Assembly (NCBI RefSeq): GCF_032191835.1
Contig: NC_083238.1
Location: 30,752,001 to 30,816,000 of the forward strand
Direction of reading: 5' to 3'
DNA length: 64,000 bases
Source of the DNA: Heteronotia binoei
Taxonomy: Eukaryota
The notes under the pieces were generated by a model that had not been told where the DNA came from, did not search any database, and saw only the letters and a list, made by a program, of their open reading frames with translations. Both the position numbers and the translations under genes were made by a program. Positions 22,642-34,700 of the stretch are shown in pieces; position 1 is the first letter of the stretch; each line of letters begins with the position of its first letter.

Positions 22642-22727
22642 AGTGCAATCCTAAATGAAGTTATAGCCTTCTAAACCCATTGAAGTCAGTGGGCTTAGGA
22701 AGGTGTAACTCTGCTTAGAATTGCATG
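22642..22727. repeat. About 87-bp palindromic mini-MITE
   Basis: agtgcaatcctaaatgaagttatagccttct...ggaaggtgtaactctgcttagaattgcat. Confidence 0.75.
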
Positions 22728-24849
22728 GTAAATACGTTTAGAATCAGAATTTGGCAACTTGAATCTACATTATGGATATGAGCCAGACAAAATCAACACT
22801 TTAAAAATTATTACAATAAAAAGTTATAACAATTTAGAAAAATATATAAATACAATTACATCTGGCATCAGTGTAAGCTTATGAAGCTCAATCATTAATA
22901 AAGTTAGGCACTTTTAAGTTCCATTGATCTGAAAGGGGGGGCAGAAATTAAGTATCAGCCTAAACATCTCCCACAGGAATCAACTAGACACAAGTGGTTA
23001 ACTTGGTTGTACTAATGTGTTTGGCTTTATATAGAATTCCCTTGCATATAATGGTGACCATCCAGTCATTCCATAAATATGTGCACTGATGAAAATGAAT
23101 GGCTAAGCATAGAAGAAAACATACAGGAAATTATACTTTGGAGAAACTTTTAGGATGACTTAAAAAATGACTTCTACAAAAATAATTGTTTTGTGATTAA
23201 CTCATTTTTAATATGGGATAATTGGCATAAACTAGGTCCAGAGATTTCACTGATATCTACTTTCTTGCTCAAGGATCTCAAAAAGGAATCTTTGAAATGT
23301 GGAAAGAAACTACTATCCATAGATTACATGATATAACGAGGGAAAAGTCTCATTTAAAAAAAAATAAGCCCAGGATACATCAAACCATATCTCCATACCA
23401 TAATTCCTATATTTATAAGTCCAAAGTTTAATCAGTTACCTTAAAATGAAAAGAAAAAAACCCCAACTGTTTAGAAAGAAGTTTTGTGGTCTCTAAACTG
23501 CCTAATGGTTGCACAAACATATTGATCCATCTTTTGTTAAATTATGGCTCCGAAATCTAGCTAGAGAATATGCTATAGGGACTTAATTATGGTCTATACC
23601 ACCTTTCATAGCTACTTACATAATTCTCAGAAAAGTAATATACAAACAATATGCTGGAAGGACTTGTATAAAACCTATCATTTGCATCCACTGTATCCTT
23701 AAACATATTGAGGAAAAATTGGGGGCGGGGAGGGGACGGTTTGTCTATGTCACCAGTGTTCTTGTCCAAATATACAAAAATGCTGGTGTAGGATAATTAG
23801 TTCCCCAGTCAAAAGAAACAGGTTATACAAAAATCTGATTCTCAACTGCAATTATTTCAAAGGCATGGAGAAGCCTCTTACATCCCAAAACTTCTCAAAG
23901 AATAACCTTCTTGTTTTTATCTGTCAAAACACCAATTGCTACATCTTAGGCAAGCTAACTTACAACCCACCATAAGTAAATGTTATCATACAATATATAT
24001 GATATGGGAAAGTTTAATAGCTCAAAAAATAACTGCACAAACTAAAATTTTACAAAATTCTGCTTAAACATAAACATTATTGCCATTTTTGTCATTTGTT
24101 GACTCAAATAAGAGATTAGCCACACGTATATACTTTCCCACACATAAATATTACTAACCTGCTGAAATTCATTCTCGTGTTATACTGTATTTAAAGGATA
24201 CAACTGAACAAGTGTTATAAAAAATTAAATACAGAGTTACACACACACACACTAACAATTCCTCTGATGTGGATGAGATGTTTCTATTATGAGATATCTT
24301 TTCAAAACAAAATTAGATATTGGGTTGAAGAGGCAGAATGGGCTCTTATATTACAGCTGCTTCTCTGAACACCTACCCATTCCTCAGGCAAGATGATTAT
24401 CTGGCCGACAAGACAGGAAGAGACTGTGGCTTGGACAAACTACAGAATTCTAAGAAACCATTCAAACGTTTCTACCCATATCTCTCCATATATGATATTT
24501 ATTAAGGAGAAGAAACTTTTTAGAACAAGAAGCTGTTGTGCCATAAATGAGTTCATTTAATTGTGGCTTTTAATTGTACAAGCTCATTGTAATTTTGAAG
24601 AACAACTAAAATGGAGTCATGGTCTCTCTACACACTGGCCACAATCCAGAACAGAGTCAAGGGGCAATAGGCTTAAGTGCCCTTAACTCTGGACTGAATG
24701 TAGCCATTTTTAACTATATGTTAACAAGGGTTAACATTAAATATCTCAATCTACATTTCAGACCACATATAATTACTCTTCAGAAACACTAAGTTGTTGA
24801 ATATATTATAGACAGCCAGTATGACGTCATGGTTAAGAGCGGTGGATTC

Positions 24850-25043
24850 CAGTGTTCTGTCTAAGCTGAGTTAGTGTGAGTTAGCTCACAGTTTTTTAGC
24901 CTCCAGCTCACACATTTTTGACTTAGCTCAGGAAAAATGGCCCCAGAGCAAACTAATTTATGCGGTAGCTCACAACTTCAATGCCAGTAGCACACAAAGC
25001 AGAATTTTTGCTCACAAGGCTCCACAGTTTAAAGGGAGCATTG
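24850..25043. mobile_element. 194-bp hAT MITE, copy 2, nested in a tRNA-SINE (about 24812..25160)
   Basis: Same TIRs as copy 1. Exact 8-bp TSD gtggattc on both sides. The SINE head reads through once the insert is removed. Confidence 0.9.
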
Positions 25044-25486
25044 GTGGATTCTAATCTGGAAAACCCGGTTTGATTTTCCACTCTTCCACACAAAGCCTTG
25101 GGTGATCTTGGGCCAGTCACAGTTCTCAGAGCTCTCTCAGCCCCATCTACCTCACAATGCGAATCCTTAAGATACAGAAAAGTGTCTTCTTCTTCTTCTT
25201 CTTCATCATCTTCCCATTAGACCACACTGGCTCAGAAATTTTGAAAGAGCTACCTGCATTTAAAAAATAGGTATTGCAATACTCAAAATAACACACCCTG
25301 TGCTGTGGGAGACAGATCTCTATGTTCTGCTGGCAATCAAAAGTCTATTTGTGTGATGCACAACCATTCCGAGCTCAGTTCTTTATTGATATTTGTTTCC
25401 ATATGACATTGGCTCTATGTGCCTAAGAGAAACTTGTGCGCAAATCAGTTATGTATCCAGAATATCATACTATGACTCATGCATAC

Positions 25487-25680
25487 CAGTGTACCCTCTA
25501 AGCTGAGTTGGTGTGAGCTAGCTCACAGATTTTTAGCCTCCAGCTCACACATTTTTGTCGTAGCTCAGGAAGGATGTCCCCAGAGAGCAGTAATTTATTC
25601 AGTAGCTCACAACTTTAATGCCAGTAGCTCACAAAATAGAATTTTCATTCACAAGACTCTGCAGGTTAGAGGGAACATTG
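25487..25680. mobile_element. 194-bp hAT MITE, copy 3
   Basis: Same TIRs. Exact 8-bp TSD atgcatac on both sides. Confidence 0.9.
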
Positions 25681-26807
25681 ATGCATACCACCTTCCAGTG
25701 GCTTTAAAAGCTTTTTTGGAGCGTGGAACTATTAATATTTCACTTTCTGGTCATGTGACCAAAATCAGTAAACATTTGGAGACACTTAATGGTATATTAA
25801 CATGATCATATTTTATTCTTGTTTAATGATATTTCATACTTTTCATATTCTCACCTGTCCCAAGCCTTTGGGGACAGCACATTTTAAATCTAGATAAACA
25901 GTATGAGAAAGGGAGAGGTTGACTTGGCAATAAATCACCAGTGACAGACATTTCAGACTCATCTATGATGCAAGATGCAGACAATGGGAGCGTCACTCTT
26001 CAGATGAGCCATTGGAGAAGATTCTCTCTTCCACAATAACAGTTTTACAGTTCCTGCTTATTACTGCATAAAAGCCTATGTCCCTTCATTTATTTCTACA
26101 TATATGTTTGAAACCTAAACATATGCCTCTAAATCTCAAGATGTGGACACTTTTATTCCATAGCTTGGGGACAAGTGACTGAACATATACAACCAGCACT
26201 GGGAATAATTCCAGATTCATTTCCTCAAAATACAATGCATGTTCTTTGCTTATACTTGTTATGTTTCTCCAGACTTCCAGTTCTTTGGAGCAAAGGAGTC
26301 TGAAGAGTTTTGTCCCACAATTATTAGGAATTAAAAGCTCTCTCAACTATTAGAGAAGAATCTACTGGCCCCTTCAAGACTGACAAATTTTATTCCAGCA
26401 TAAGCTTTTGTGAGCCAGAGCTCACCTCATTGTGAGTGTAGGATGCCCTGACTCAAGAAACTTTATGCTGATTTAGGGTGGCCAACTCATCTTGGGAAAT
26501 TCCTAGAGATCTGGGGGTGGTGTCTGAGGAGGAAACTCAGCAAAGTTTGGCCTCTAAAGCCACAGTTTTCTCTGAGGAGCCTATCTCTGATGGCTGGAGA
26601 TCAGTGGTAATTCCAGAACTCCTGGCCTCACCTTGAGGCTGGCAACTGGAACTGGAATAAATTTTCTGATGGTGAGCCTTGTTGGTCTGAAGCAGCCAAT
26701 CCCCCCATTTCAAAGAAGAGGCTGCTGTAAGGCATTCCATACTTGAAAGGAAATCGATGGAGGGTAATAGCAGGGTCTCCCTTAATTACTCTCAGCATTC
26801 CACAATT

Positions 26808-26880
26808 ATCTTCCCATCAGTCTCCAACCTTGACATATTTATCTCCCCATCAATTTCCAATCTTGACATATTTATTTCCA
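26808..26880. repeat. 33-bp tandem duplication
   Basis: atct(t/c)cccatca(g/a)t(c/t)tccaa(c/t)cttgacatattt occurs twice. Confidence 0.85.
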
Positions 26881-27050
26881 GGGCTTTTTTTTTGCAGCAG
26901 GAATTCCTTTGCATATTAGGCCACACACCGCTGATGTAGCCAACCCTCCAACAGCTTACAGGGCTCTTAGTACAGGGCCTACTGTAAGCTTCTGGAGGAT
27001 TCGCTACATCAGGGGTGTGTGGCCCAATAGGCAAAAGAGTTCCTGCTACA
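26880..27050. mobile_element. Palindromic MITE, right end eroded
   Basis: gcaggaattcctttgcatattaggccacacacc...tgatgtagc pairs with gctacatcaggggtgtgtggcccaataggcaaaagagttcctgc. Confidence 0.75.
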
Positions 27051-27399
27051 CCCCCCCCCCCCGTTTATTTCCTTCACTATGCCCCCCCACCCCCGACAAT
27101 TATATCCAAACAAACAGTAACCATATAAACTAAGTTTGCTATTCCTGTTTGGTCCTTGCATCTGTTAAACATACATCTTCATTACTGCTGTATGCTAATT
27201 TACTGGTCACCCTCTACCTACACGTATGGATTGGTAATTTCCATTTCATGGTATCTGAAGAAGTGTGACTCCACAAGAAAGCTTTGATTAAAACCTAGCT
27301 GGTCTTAAAGGTGCCACCGGATATGAACTGGATTTAACCTTGCTGCAACAAATGTGTAGTGTGTGCAATTCAAAAAAACGCTTTTATGCGATTAAGCCC

Positions 27400-27790
27400 C
27401 AGTGAGTAGTCTTCTGAGCAGACATGCTTACGATTGCTCTGTAAAACACATACAGCTACGCCACTGGAAGGTCGTCCCGCATGTGGCCCTTCTGTCTCAG
27501 CGCCCCACTTTTAAGAAGCCGACAGCTCCTTCCCCTCTTTTCTATCTGGCGATAGTTCACAGCTTTACTCCGCTCTGCAACGGAACCTTTTCGCTCCCGT
27601 CTGCGTTCCAGGCCGGCCCTCATTTGCAAGAGGCTCTGAGCTCACTTAGAGCTTCTTGTTGCCATGACTACACCTTGGCTGTCCGCCGTGTTGGTTGAGA
27701 AACAGAAAGGCAGAAGAGTGGGAGAAACGAAGGCCAGGTTATTGCCCCACGTTAAGCGAGTCTTGGCGGCTGGGCCACGCCATGAATAGG
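27400..27790 (+). promoter_or_regulatory. CpG-enriched ERICH2 promoter / first exon region with an RFX X-box-like motif
   Basis: Local CpG enrichment in an AT-rich background. GTTGCCATGACTAC at 27658..27671. Lies directly upstream of the ATG that opens the phase-consistent exon chain. Confidence 0.6.
27782..27789 (+). CDS. ERICH2: ERICH2 putative first coding exon (ATG AAT AG)
   Basis: gccATGa context. Weak donor AG|GTAGCG. An 83-nt intron with a branch-like ttcac and a long pyrimidine tract leads in frame into 27873. Confidence 0.55.
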
Positions 27791-27872
27791 TAGCGAGTCC
27801 TACTGGTTGCCCTCGAGAGTTGAGGGCAGAGAGCAATGCGCACCTTCACTCTTGTTTTCTGCCTTTCTTTAG

Positions 27873-27921
27873 GTTCAATCTTGTTTTGGGCCAAGGGATT
27901 TCCAGACCAGCTACCCCCAAG
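27873..27921 (+). CDS. ERICH2: ERICH2 putative coding exon 2 ((R)FNLVLGQGISRPATPK)
   Basis: Acceptor cttgttttctgcctttctttag|G, donor AAG|GTAGGA. Phase 2 in and phase 0 out, compatible with both neighbours. Confidence 0.6.
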
Positions 27922-28036
27922 GTAGGAGACCTTTTCCCTCCATGGCTCTAAAACGCGCACTGGCTCACTATCTTGTATGCTGCAAGAAAAACACTTTTAA
28001 AAGAGTTATGTTAGGAAGGCAGGAGTGTTATCCTGT

Positions 28037-28433
28037 CCATCTTAATACTTGAAAGGGAGGTTCCCTCACGTTAAGTTCAAAAAAAGATTTTTGTTATTGG
28101 ACATAATTGTAAGTTGTGTGTGAATTTAAGATGACCCCCCTCGCCCTTTTGAGGAGTGGCATTTCTGTGGGAGAAAGCTAGTTTTGCATTTGAGTAAGCA
28201 CAGTACCTGTTCATCAAGTAGGCATTGAATAGCTCTCCATCTTAATACTTGAAAGGGAGGTTCCCTCACGTTAAGTTCAAAAAAGATTTTTGTTATTGGA
28301 CATAATTGTAAGTTGTGTGTGAATTTAAGATGACCCCCCTCGCCCTTTTGAGGAGTGGCATTTCTGTGGGAGAAAGCTAGTTTTGCATTTGAGTAAGCAC
28401 AGTACGTGTTCATCAAGTAGGCAATGAATAGCT
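28037..28433. repeat. About 200-bp near-perfect tandem duplication
   Basis: ccatcttaatacttgaaaggg...gaatagct starts at 28037 and at 28237. Differences seen: one A in a homopolymer and two substitutions. Confidence 0.95.
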
Positions 28434-29671
28434 GCAGCATCCCTCTCCAGCACTGCTAGATTTCATGCTGATAAACTCTTCACTTGTTGGTTTTCTGCCT
28501 TCTCTGCAATTATGAAAGACACTGTAGTCCCGTCAGTTCAAAAGCTAGCAATGTTGGCCAAAGGGGCAGTCATCTCTAGGGTGCCATACAAAGCTCTCTG
28601 TTTTTTCTTAGATATTTATACCTTTCTTTTCTCCCCACTAGGGAATTAAAGCAGCCTTCATCAGAATAGATGCCACAAGATGGGGAAAGATGCATCCCTT
28701 CACTAGTAAAGGACATCTAGGTGCCACTAACGTTTGTTGCTTGGCATACGATTTTTCCACAGCTCAGTTCCTGTATAGTGCCATACTAAGCGGGTCTACT
28801 TAGAATTAGATTCCTGGGAAACTGTTTATAGGGTTGCATTGTAAATCAGCTTACTTGAAAGATGGGAGGGGAAAAATAACTTTAAAGTCACATTCATATG
28901 CATTTTTTTGAAACAAAAAGCACATATTCGTTTGTCAAATGGAAATTGGGGTTTAGGACTTCTTGCTACCCACCCTATTGTACTTGATATCAAGACGTTA
29001 AAAGTGTGCAGTTTGGATTCTCGTTTATTGCACACTGAGGGGTACTGTGGAGATTCTGTCTTTCTGGTTACGTTTTTGGAACTAAAGATAGCAAGTTGTT
29101 CTACAATGAAAAGAGTTAACCTGTTTGTGATGACAGTTAGCATAAATGCATTTATGTATTTGTTATATCTCTAGACGATTCCATAGCAAAGCACCCTGAA
29201 CAGTGTCTGTTTCTTATTCTCCCATCCCCACTCCCTATATAAATGCTGGCTATGGGGCCACATGAGTAATTAATCAAATATGAGCTACAAAGCACTTAAT
29301 CTGGCTTCCTCCCATTTGAATTTGAGCCAGAACTGCTGAATTCCATTTGATAACATAAATGGGTTTCCGATCACATGGAGCAGCAAAGGTTCTAGGGCCC
29401 TGTAGAAATGACAGCTGTTGCACATATGATGGGTGCCCCTTCCCCAGTGTGTATGTTTTGGTCGCTTGCAGATAACTTTAAAAAGTTTTCTGTAAAAAAT
29501 ACAGAGAAAATACACAGAATTCTGATCTCTTGGTTTGCTTACAAGTATAGTGATGGCATTCTGCCAGTCATATGGCAGCAACTGAATTTACTGTTTGTTT
29601 TGTATTTTATCATGCTGCATCTCTTTTTTTTGTCAGCTGCCTCAGACAGATATCCAGAGAGAGGCAGCTAT

Positions 29672-30057
29672 GTGGTGGCAAGTGCCATCAAGTCACAGCT
29701 GACTTATGGCAAGTCCTTGGAGTTTTCAAGGCAAGAGACTTCAGATTTGGTTTGCCTTTGCACTTGCCCCTGCATCACGATCCTGGTATTACGTGGAAGT
29801 CTCCCATCCAAGTCTCCCACCTCCCGGGAGGTGGTAGGCTCTCCTTCCTTGGAGGTTTTTAAACAGAGGCTGGATGGCCATCTGACAGCAATGAAGATCC
29901 TGTGAATTTAGGGGGAGGTGTTTGTGCAGGGGGGTTGGACTAGATGACCCTAGAGGTCCCTTCCAACTCTATGATTCTAAGTATTAACCAGGGCTGATTC
30001 TACTTAGCTTCCAAGATCAGCTGAGATCAGGCTAGCCTGGGCTGTACAGAACAGGGC
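29672..30057 (-). mobile_element. 5S-derived SINE interrupted by a + strand CR1 3' fragment (29814..29978)
   Basis: The SINE halves flank the CR1 tail ending ...ttccaactctatgattct. aagt is duplicated at 29810..29813 and 29979..29982. Confidence 0.85.
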
Positions 30058-31030
30058 GAGAGGCAGCTTACGAGAAACAGAACTTTGTTGTTGTTGTTTT
30101 GCTCCAGGTTGTTGGGATCCCTGCCTATATCTTAATTAAGAGATTTATTAAGGGAGTTGCATGATATACCCTTGCAAAACAGAAAATTATAAAAATGGAT
30201 GGGGTTTATGTATGGGAAGAAAAGTGAATGTGTATGATTGACTTCACTGTGTTCTTTAAAACATACTAGCTGTTGCTGCTTCAGGCTTCCATACAGGGAC
30301 CTTCTGGAAGCCTGGCACACCCACAGTAGAGTATGCTTAATAAAGGTCTGTTGCAGTCCTTATGATGGTAGCTGTGATCTGCCTTGATTCTCAGAGAGAA
30401 AGGCAGGCTGTAAAAAAAGTAAATAAGATAATAAAGTAATAAATCGGGGGGGGGGGAGGAGTATGTACCCGATGAGTGCCCCACATTCTCTGAATTTTTC
30501 CTGGTTGTAAGGGGTGTTAACTTAGATTTGGTTTTGATGTAGAGTGCAAAAATAGCAGGAGACAACTCAGGAAGGACTACAATAAATTTAAGAGATCTAA
30601 TAATGTTGCTACACGAACAATATACCCTAATTCAAAATGTAGACATAGGATCCTTCTTAGGCATAAGAAGTATCATAGTACCCAAGAATCTTGGACTGAT
30701 CGGAGGCAGCCACCAGTATTCTTTTGGAGGCCCATTAACAGGTCATTGGCTCAAAAAAACTCCCAAATGTGGTGAGTCTGATAACTAAATTTTCATAGTA
30801 ATTGATTTATTTACTAATTCATAACTATAGCCTTCTTCTGTATTCTTTCATTAAGTGCACTTTAGTAAAGTGCTGTGGGCTCCTCCTCTGTAATCCATAT
30901 AGTGATTTTTGCTAAAATATAATAGCATTGCTTTTTCAGATACTCTTTTTCTTCATGGATTCACTTCATTATTATTTGTTTAGTGTGGTGCTTTAAAAAC
31001 TAGACATATATAATCCTAATCTCAGACATA

Positions 31031-31316
31031 GGGCGTTTTCGCACTGACCTTACTCCGGAGCAACATCCCTCTTCACCGCGCAGCGTCTGCGCGGATTTCA
31101 CACACGTTGCTCCGCAGAACCCGGAAGAGCCGCAAAGTCCCGCGGCTTTTGCGTCGCAAATGTAAACTGGTTTTTGGCGGTTTACATTTGCGACGCAAAA
31201 GCCGCGGGACTTTGCGGCTCTTCCAGGTTCTGCGGAGCAACGTGTGCAAAATCTGCGCAGACGCTGCATGGTGAAGAGGGACGTCGCTCCGGAGTAAGGT
31301 CAGTGCGAAAACGCCC
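31031..31316. mobile_element. 286-bp foldback MITE, PIF/Harbinger-like
   Basis: Near-perfect whole-length palindrome. Termini gggcgttttcgcac / gtgcgaaaacgccc. 3-bp duplication ata on both sides. Confidence 0.85.
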
Positions 31317-31349
31317 ATAGATTTGTAATCCTCACTCTCTTGAATTAAC

Positions 31350-31720
31350 ATGCAGAATAATATCAAAAAATTTTCTTATAACTCCAGAGGTCTGAATAAC
31401 ACCATTAAGTATACAAGAATCCAAAACAAACTTTCCAAACTAAACCCTGATATACTGTTTCTACAAGGAACATATTTTAAGACTACCTCACTTTCAGTAT
31501 TCAAAACCAAGAAATTCCAGTTTGAATTCCAAGCGAAGGGATTCTGATGTTCTGATTTCATATATAAGAAAATTTCAAGTATATACAAATACATAAGTTT
31601 CTGGCAGTTTAGCAGACCCACAAAGCAGGTATCTATTTGTAAAAGGACTTTTGGAAAACCTACCAGACACTTCGGTATCTCTCTATGCCCTGAACTCTGA
31701 CCAGATCATTGAGCAAGTAT
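31350..31720 (+). mobile_element. Decayed L1/Tx1-type ORF2 endonuclease N-terminal fragment
   Basis: SYNSRGLN...KLNPDILFLQGT matches APE-endonuclease motifs I/II (N-x-x-G-L-N, D-I-x-x-L-Q-E-T), with the catalytic E mutated. Confidence 0.7.
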
Positions 31721-34700
31721 CCTAAGACGTTAAAAGTCAGAAGGTAAAGGGGAAGAAGATACAAACTCTATGTTGTAATTCTTTTTGCTTCTCAGTTTGT
31801 TTCTTCATGCTTTGTAACATTGAAAAGTAAAATTGCAGTGGTTTTGTTTACCCGAGTGGGTTCTAAGGCTGGATGAAAGTGCATTTAGGGGTTTGACCTA
31901 CACTCCAGAAAAGTTTTCTTTCAAGTGAAATGTCCTGTAACAGCACAACATTTGTGGATTTGTGAGCATTCTTTTTCTTTTGCACAAATAATACTTTTCA
32001 CACCAGAAAGTTAACAGTTGGCTCCATAGTGGAAGGGCAACAGATATAACAGCCTAGCTGCTGCTGTGCTTGCACAAATTTAATTCAAGCTGTGTTAATG
32101 ATATGGAAGTGAATTGCTGTCTTTCAACTCATGTTCCATGACCGCCTACAACGCTGAAGGAGTAGGCCCCTTCTGATTAGCATTTTCTCCTCTCTAGAAA
32201 AGGTCAGTCTGTTGAAACTGACTGTTGACTTGTTCACACACCTGTCTGAAATGTTAATGATACTGTCATTTCAGAACAGATTTCTTCTCCTCTAGTTTTA
32301 GGAGGGTTTTTTTAGTTTTTTGCAAAACTAAATGCATTGTTCTAATCCTGTATTTTGTGCAAAATGTCATAAAATAACAAAATAAAAGTTAATGCCTCGA
32401 GTGTATATTTTTGTGTGTGAGTAAGCATTTTGCCATCATTCCTTTTGTCAAAATCATTTGGTATTAGGATAACAGATTTCATTCTTGGTTAGGGCTCCAT
32501 CTCTGTGGTAGAAACCATATCCCTCTCTACCTATTTATTTATTTATTACTTTAAATTTCTATCCCGCCCTCTCCGCAAGCGGACTTAGGGCAGCTAACAA
32601 CATTCATATTCACACGTTAAAACCACTATTGAAATATGTGTGACAGAGAATTAGCGTGATGTTAGTATTTCAATATCAATTGAATTTTTCAGAATTCTGT
32701 ACATTGGCTCTTGGGATGTCACCTTGTGTTAAAATTTGATACATGTTCCCTGATCCAGAAAGATAGATTCACAAGCAGAAACCCAGACATAATAATCCTT
32801 CAAAGACCAGTTGCCAGCCCAGAATTGTCAGGGCAAGAGGTGAGGTGCTGGACCTTTGATCTATTATCTTCACAACCCATAAAATGTAGTGAAAAGTAGC
32901 CTCCACTACATTTTGGTGTATCTTATACCATCCTGATCTTGCCTCTCAAGAATGTTTAACTTACTGACAGTCGCTGTCACAGGCAAATGTTATGCGAAGA
33001 AGCATTATAGGTGATGTACCATGATGTACTCAGCTGCAAAATCGTATCTGAATGGTTTCTAAAGATCTCTTGCCCAAGTGCCCAATACATTTATCTCATT
33101 TGGTCCCAGAATATTGTGCAACTTGGAGATATCATTTAGATATTTTTCTTCTACATTTTCTGTAGGTTTCTGGAATGCTGGAAGTGATTGCCCCTGAAGG
33201 TATTTTCTCTAAACAATTACTAGGCAGTGTTTAGGGCTGTTTATTTTAATTCCTTTTTTCTGATTTTTTAAAAGAGTAGTTGTTTATTCAGAACATAATT
33301 AAGTGCGTTTTGAAATATCAATCCTTTTCTTTAAAAAAAAAATTCTCTTAAGAATTCTTCATTATAACTGCATTGTGTTTTTGTCTTTGATCTGGTACTA
33401 ATATTTCAGAGCTAACAGAAATTGTTGACAGGAGTTTGCTCACATGAGTTGCCATGAAGCTGACATTCTTGTTCTATGGGCAGTTGTGCTGCTCAAGGAA
33501 AACACGTGCAGAGCAAATGCCTCGTCCTCCTCCTCCTCCTCATAAGGAAGAGCCACATCCTGTGGCATGTTTTAAATCACAGAAGTTCCCTGTGAGTCCG
33601 TTCCATCTCTAAAAACGTTAACATATATACATGGCTTCCCACATAATTTTTCTTTTGCTGTGGAAGACTGCTGACAATCAGTTTTATCACGATGCGGATT
33701 GTCACAAGGAAAATATTTATATCTATTTTTATTTCTGACTTAGTCAGATATGGGTACCGTTCACGTTTTCTCAGCAAGAAGGCAAGTACACCTTCAAGAA
33801 TGTCCCTGTGCTTTAAGCAAAGTGTATCTTCAGTTGTTGTATTATGACTCATTAAGGGCTAAAGCCATCCTATAAGGTCTCAGATTCTTTCATGTTATTC
33901 TGGTAGCCCAGTGGGCAACATATGTGGGTATGTAAAGTGCAGTTTTATAATGTGCTTCTCTTGGGTTATTCATAGTTATTGTGTTGCTACTGATTTTAAA
34001 TAATTTGCATTTTCCCAGTAGGTCTAGTGATGTGTAAGTTAATGAGTCTATAGTGTTTGGGTTGATTCTGTTGTCACCGCCTTAAGCCCATTGTTAGAGA
34101 TGTGGTATACAGATATTTCCAATAAATGAATACATATCAGCAGACCAAGACTGGTAAACCAGCTAGCCTTTGAGAAACATTGCTGTAAAGGGATTTTTGT
34201 ATAAATTCATAGATGTAGGTTCAGATTTCCAAACCAGAAGTATTTTCATGAAATAATAATAATAAAATAATAATAATAATTTTGGTTTAAAGACAGTAAA
34301 GCTAATAGTCTTGCATTCTTTAGAATGGAAGGAACATTTCATAACATTCTGGAAGACACAACATTGTGTCTGTTAAAGAAATGGAAATATATGCTTGTTT
34401 ATGCTACTGTAATACCAATGATAATATTTTTCACAAGCTTTTAAAATTATTTCAGTCTTAAACATTTATACTGCTTTAAAATAATGCAGATTTGATTTTT
34501 TTTAAATTTTGGTAACAGACCTTGGGGTACTTTAGTGATACTCTGATCCTGAAGTTCTGTAAAAACCAATTTAGAGAGCCTGCAAAAACCAAATGTTCAA
34601 CGCGCCTGCATTTAAATACTCATGCAAGAATCACAGTGGTAAAATGCCCACATTGGTGGTCCTAGTTGTGCATGAATTCCATCACTGAAAAATTTGTGTT

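Noticed and set aside
23340-26400. Possible old LINE or transposase fragments behind minus ORFs 23587..23769 and 26086..26346
   Set aside because: No diagnostic motif could be recognised, so they are too uncertain to assign without a library search.
20256-28433. CRISPR-like arrays among the short direct repeats
   Set aside because: Eukaryotic DNA. The repeats are adjacent two-unit duplications without unique spacers.
29408-29905. 165-aa ORF
   Set aside because: Chimeric read-through of unique DNA, an antisense SINE and a CR1 tail.
32095-32160. C/D-box snoRNA candidate (ATGATA...CTGA)
   Set aside because: The C box is imperfect, there is no terminal stem, and I recognise no rRNA-complementary guide.
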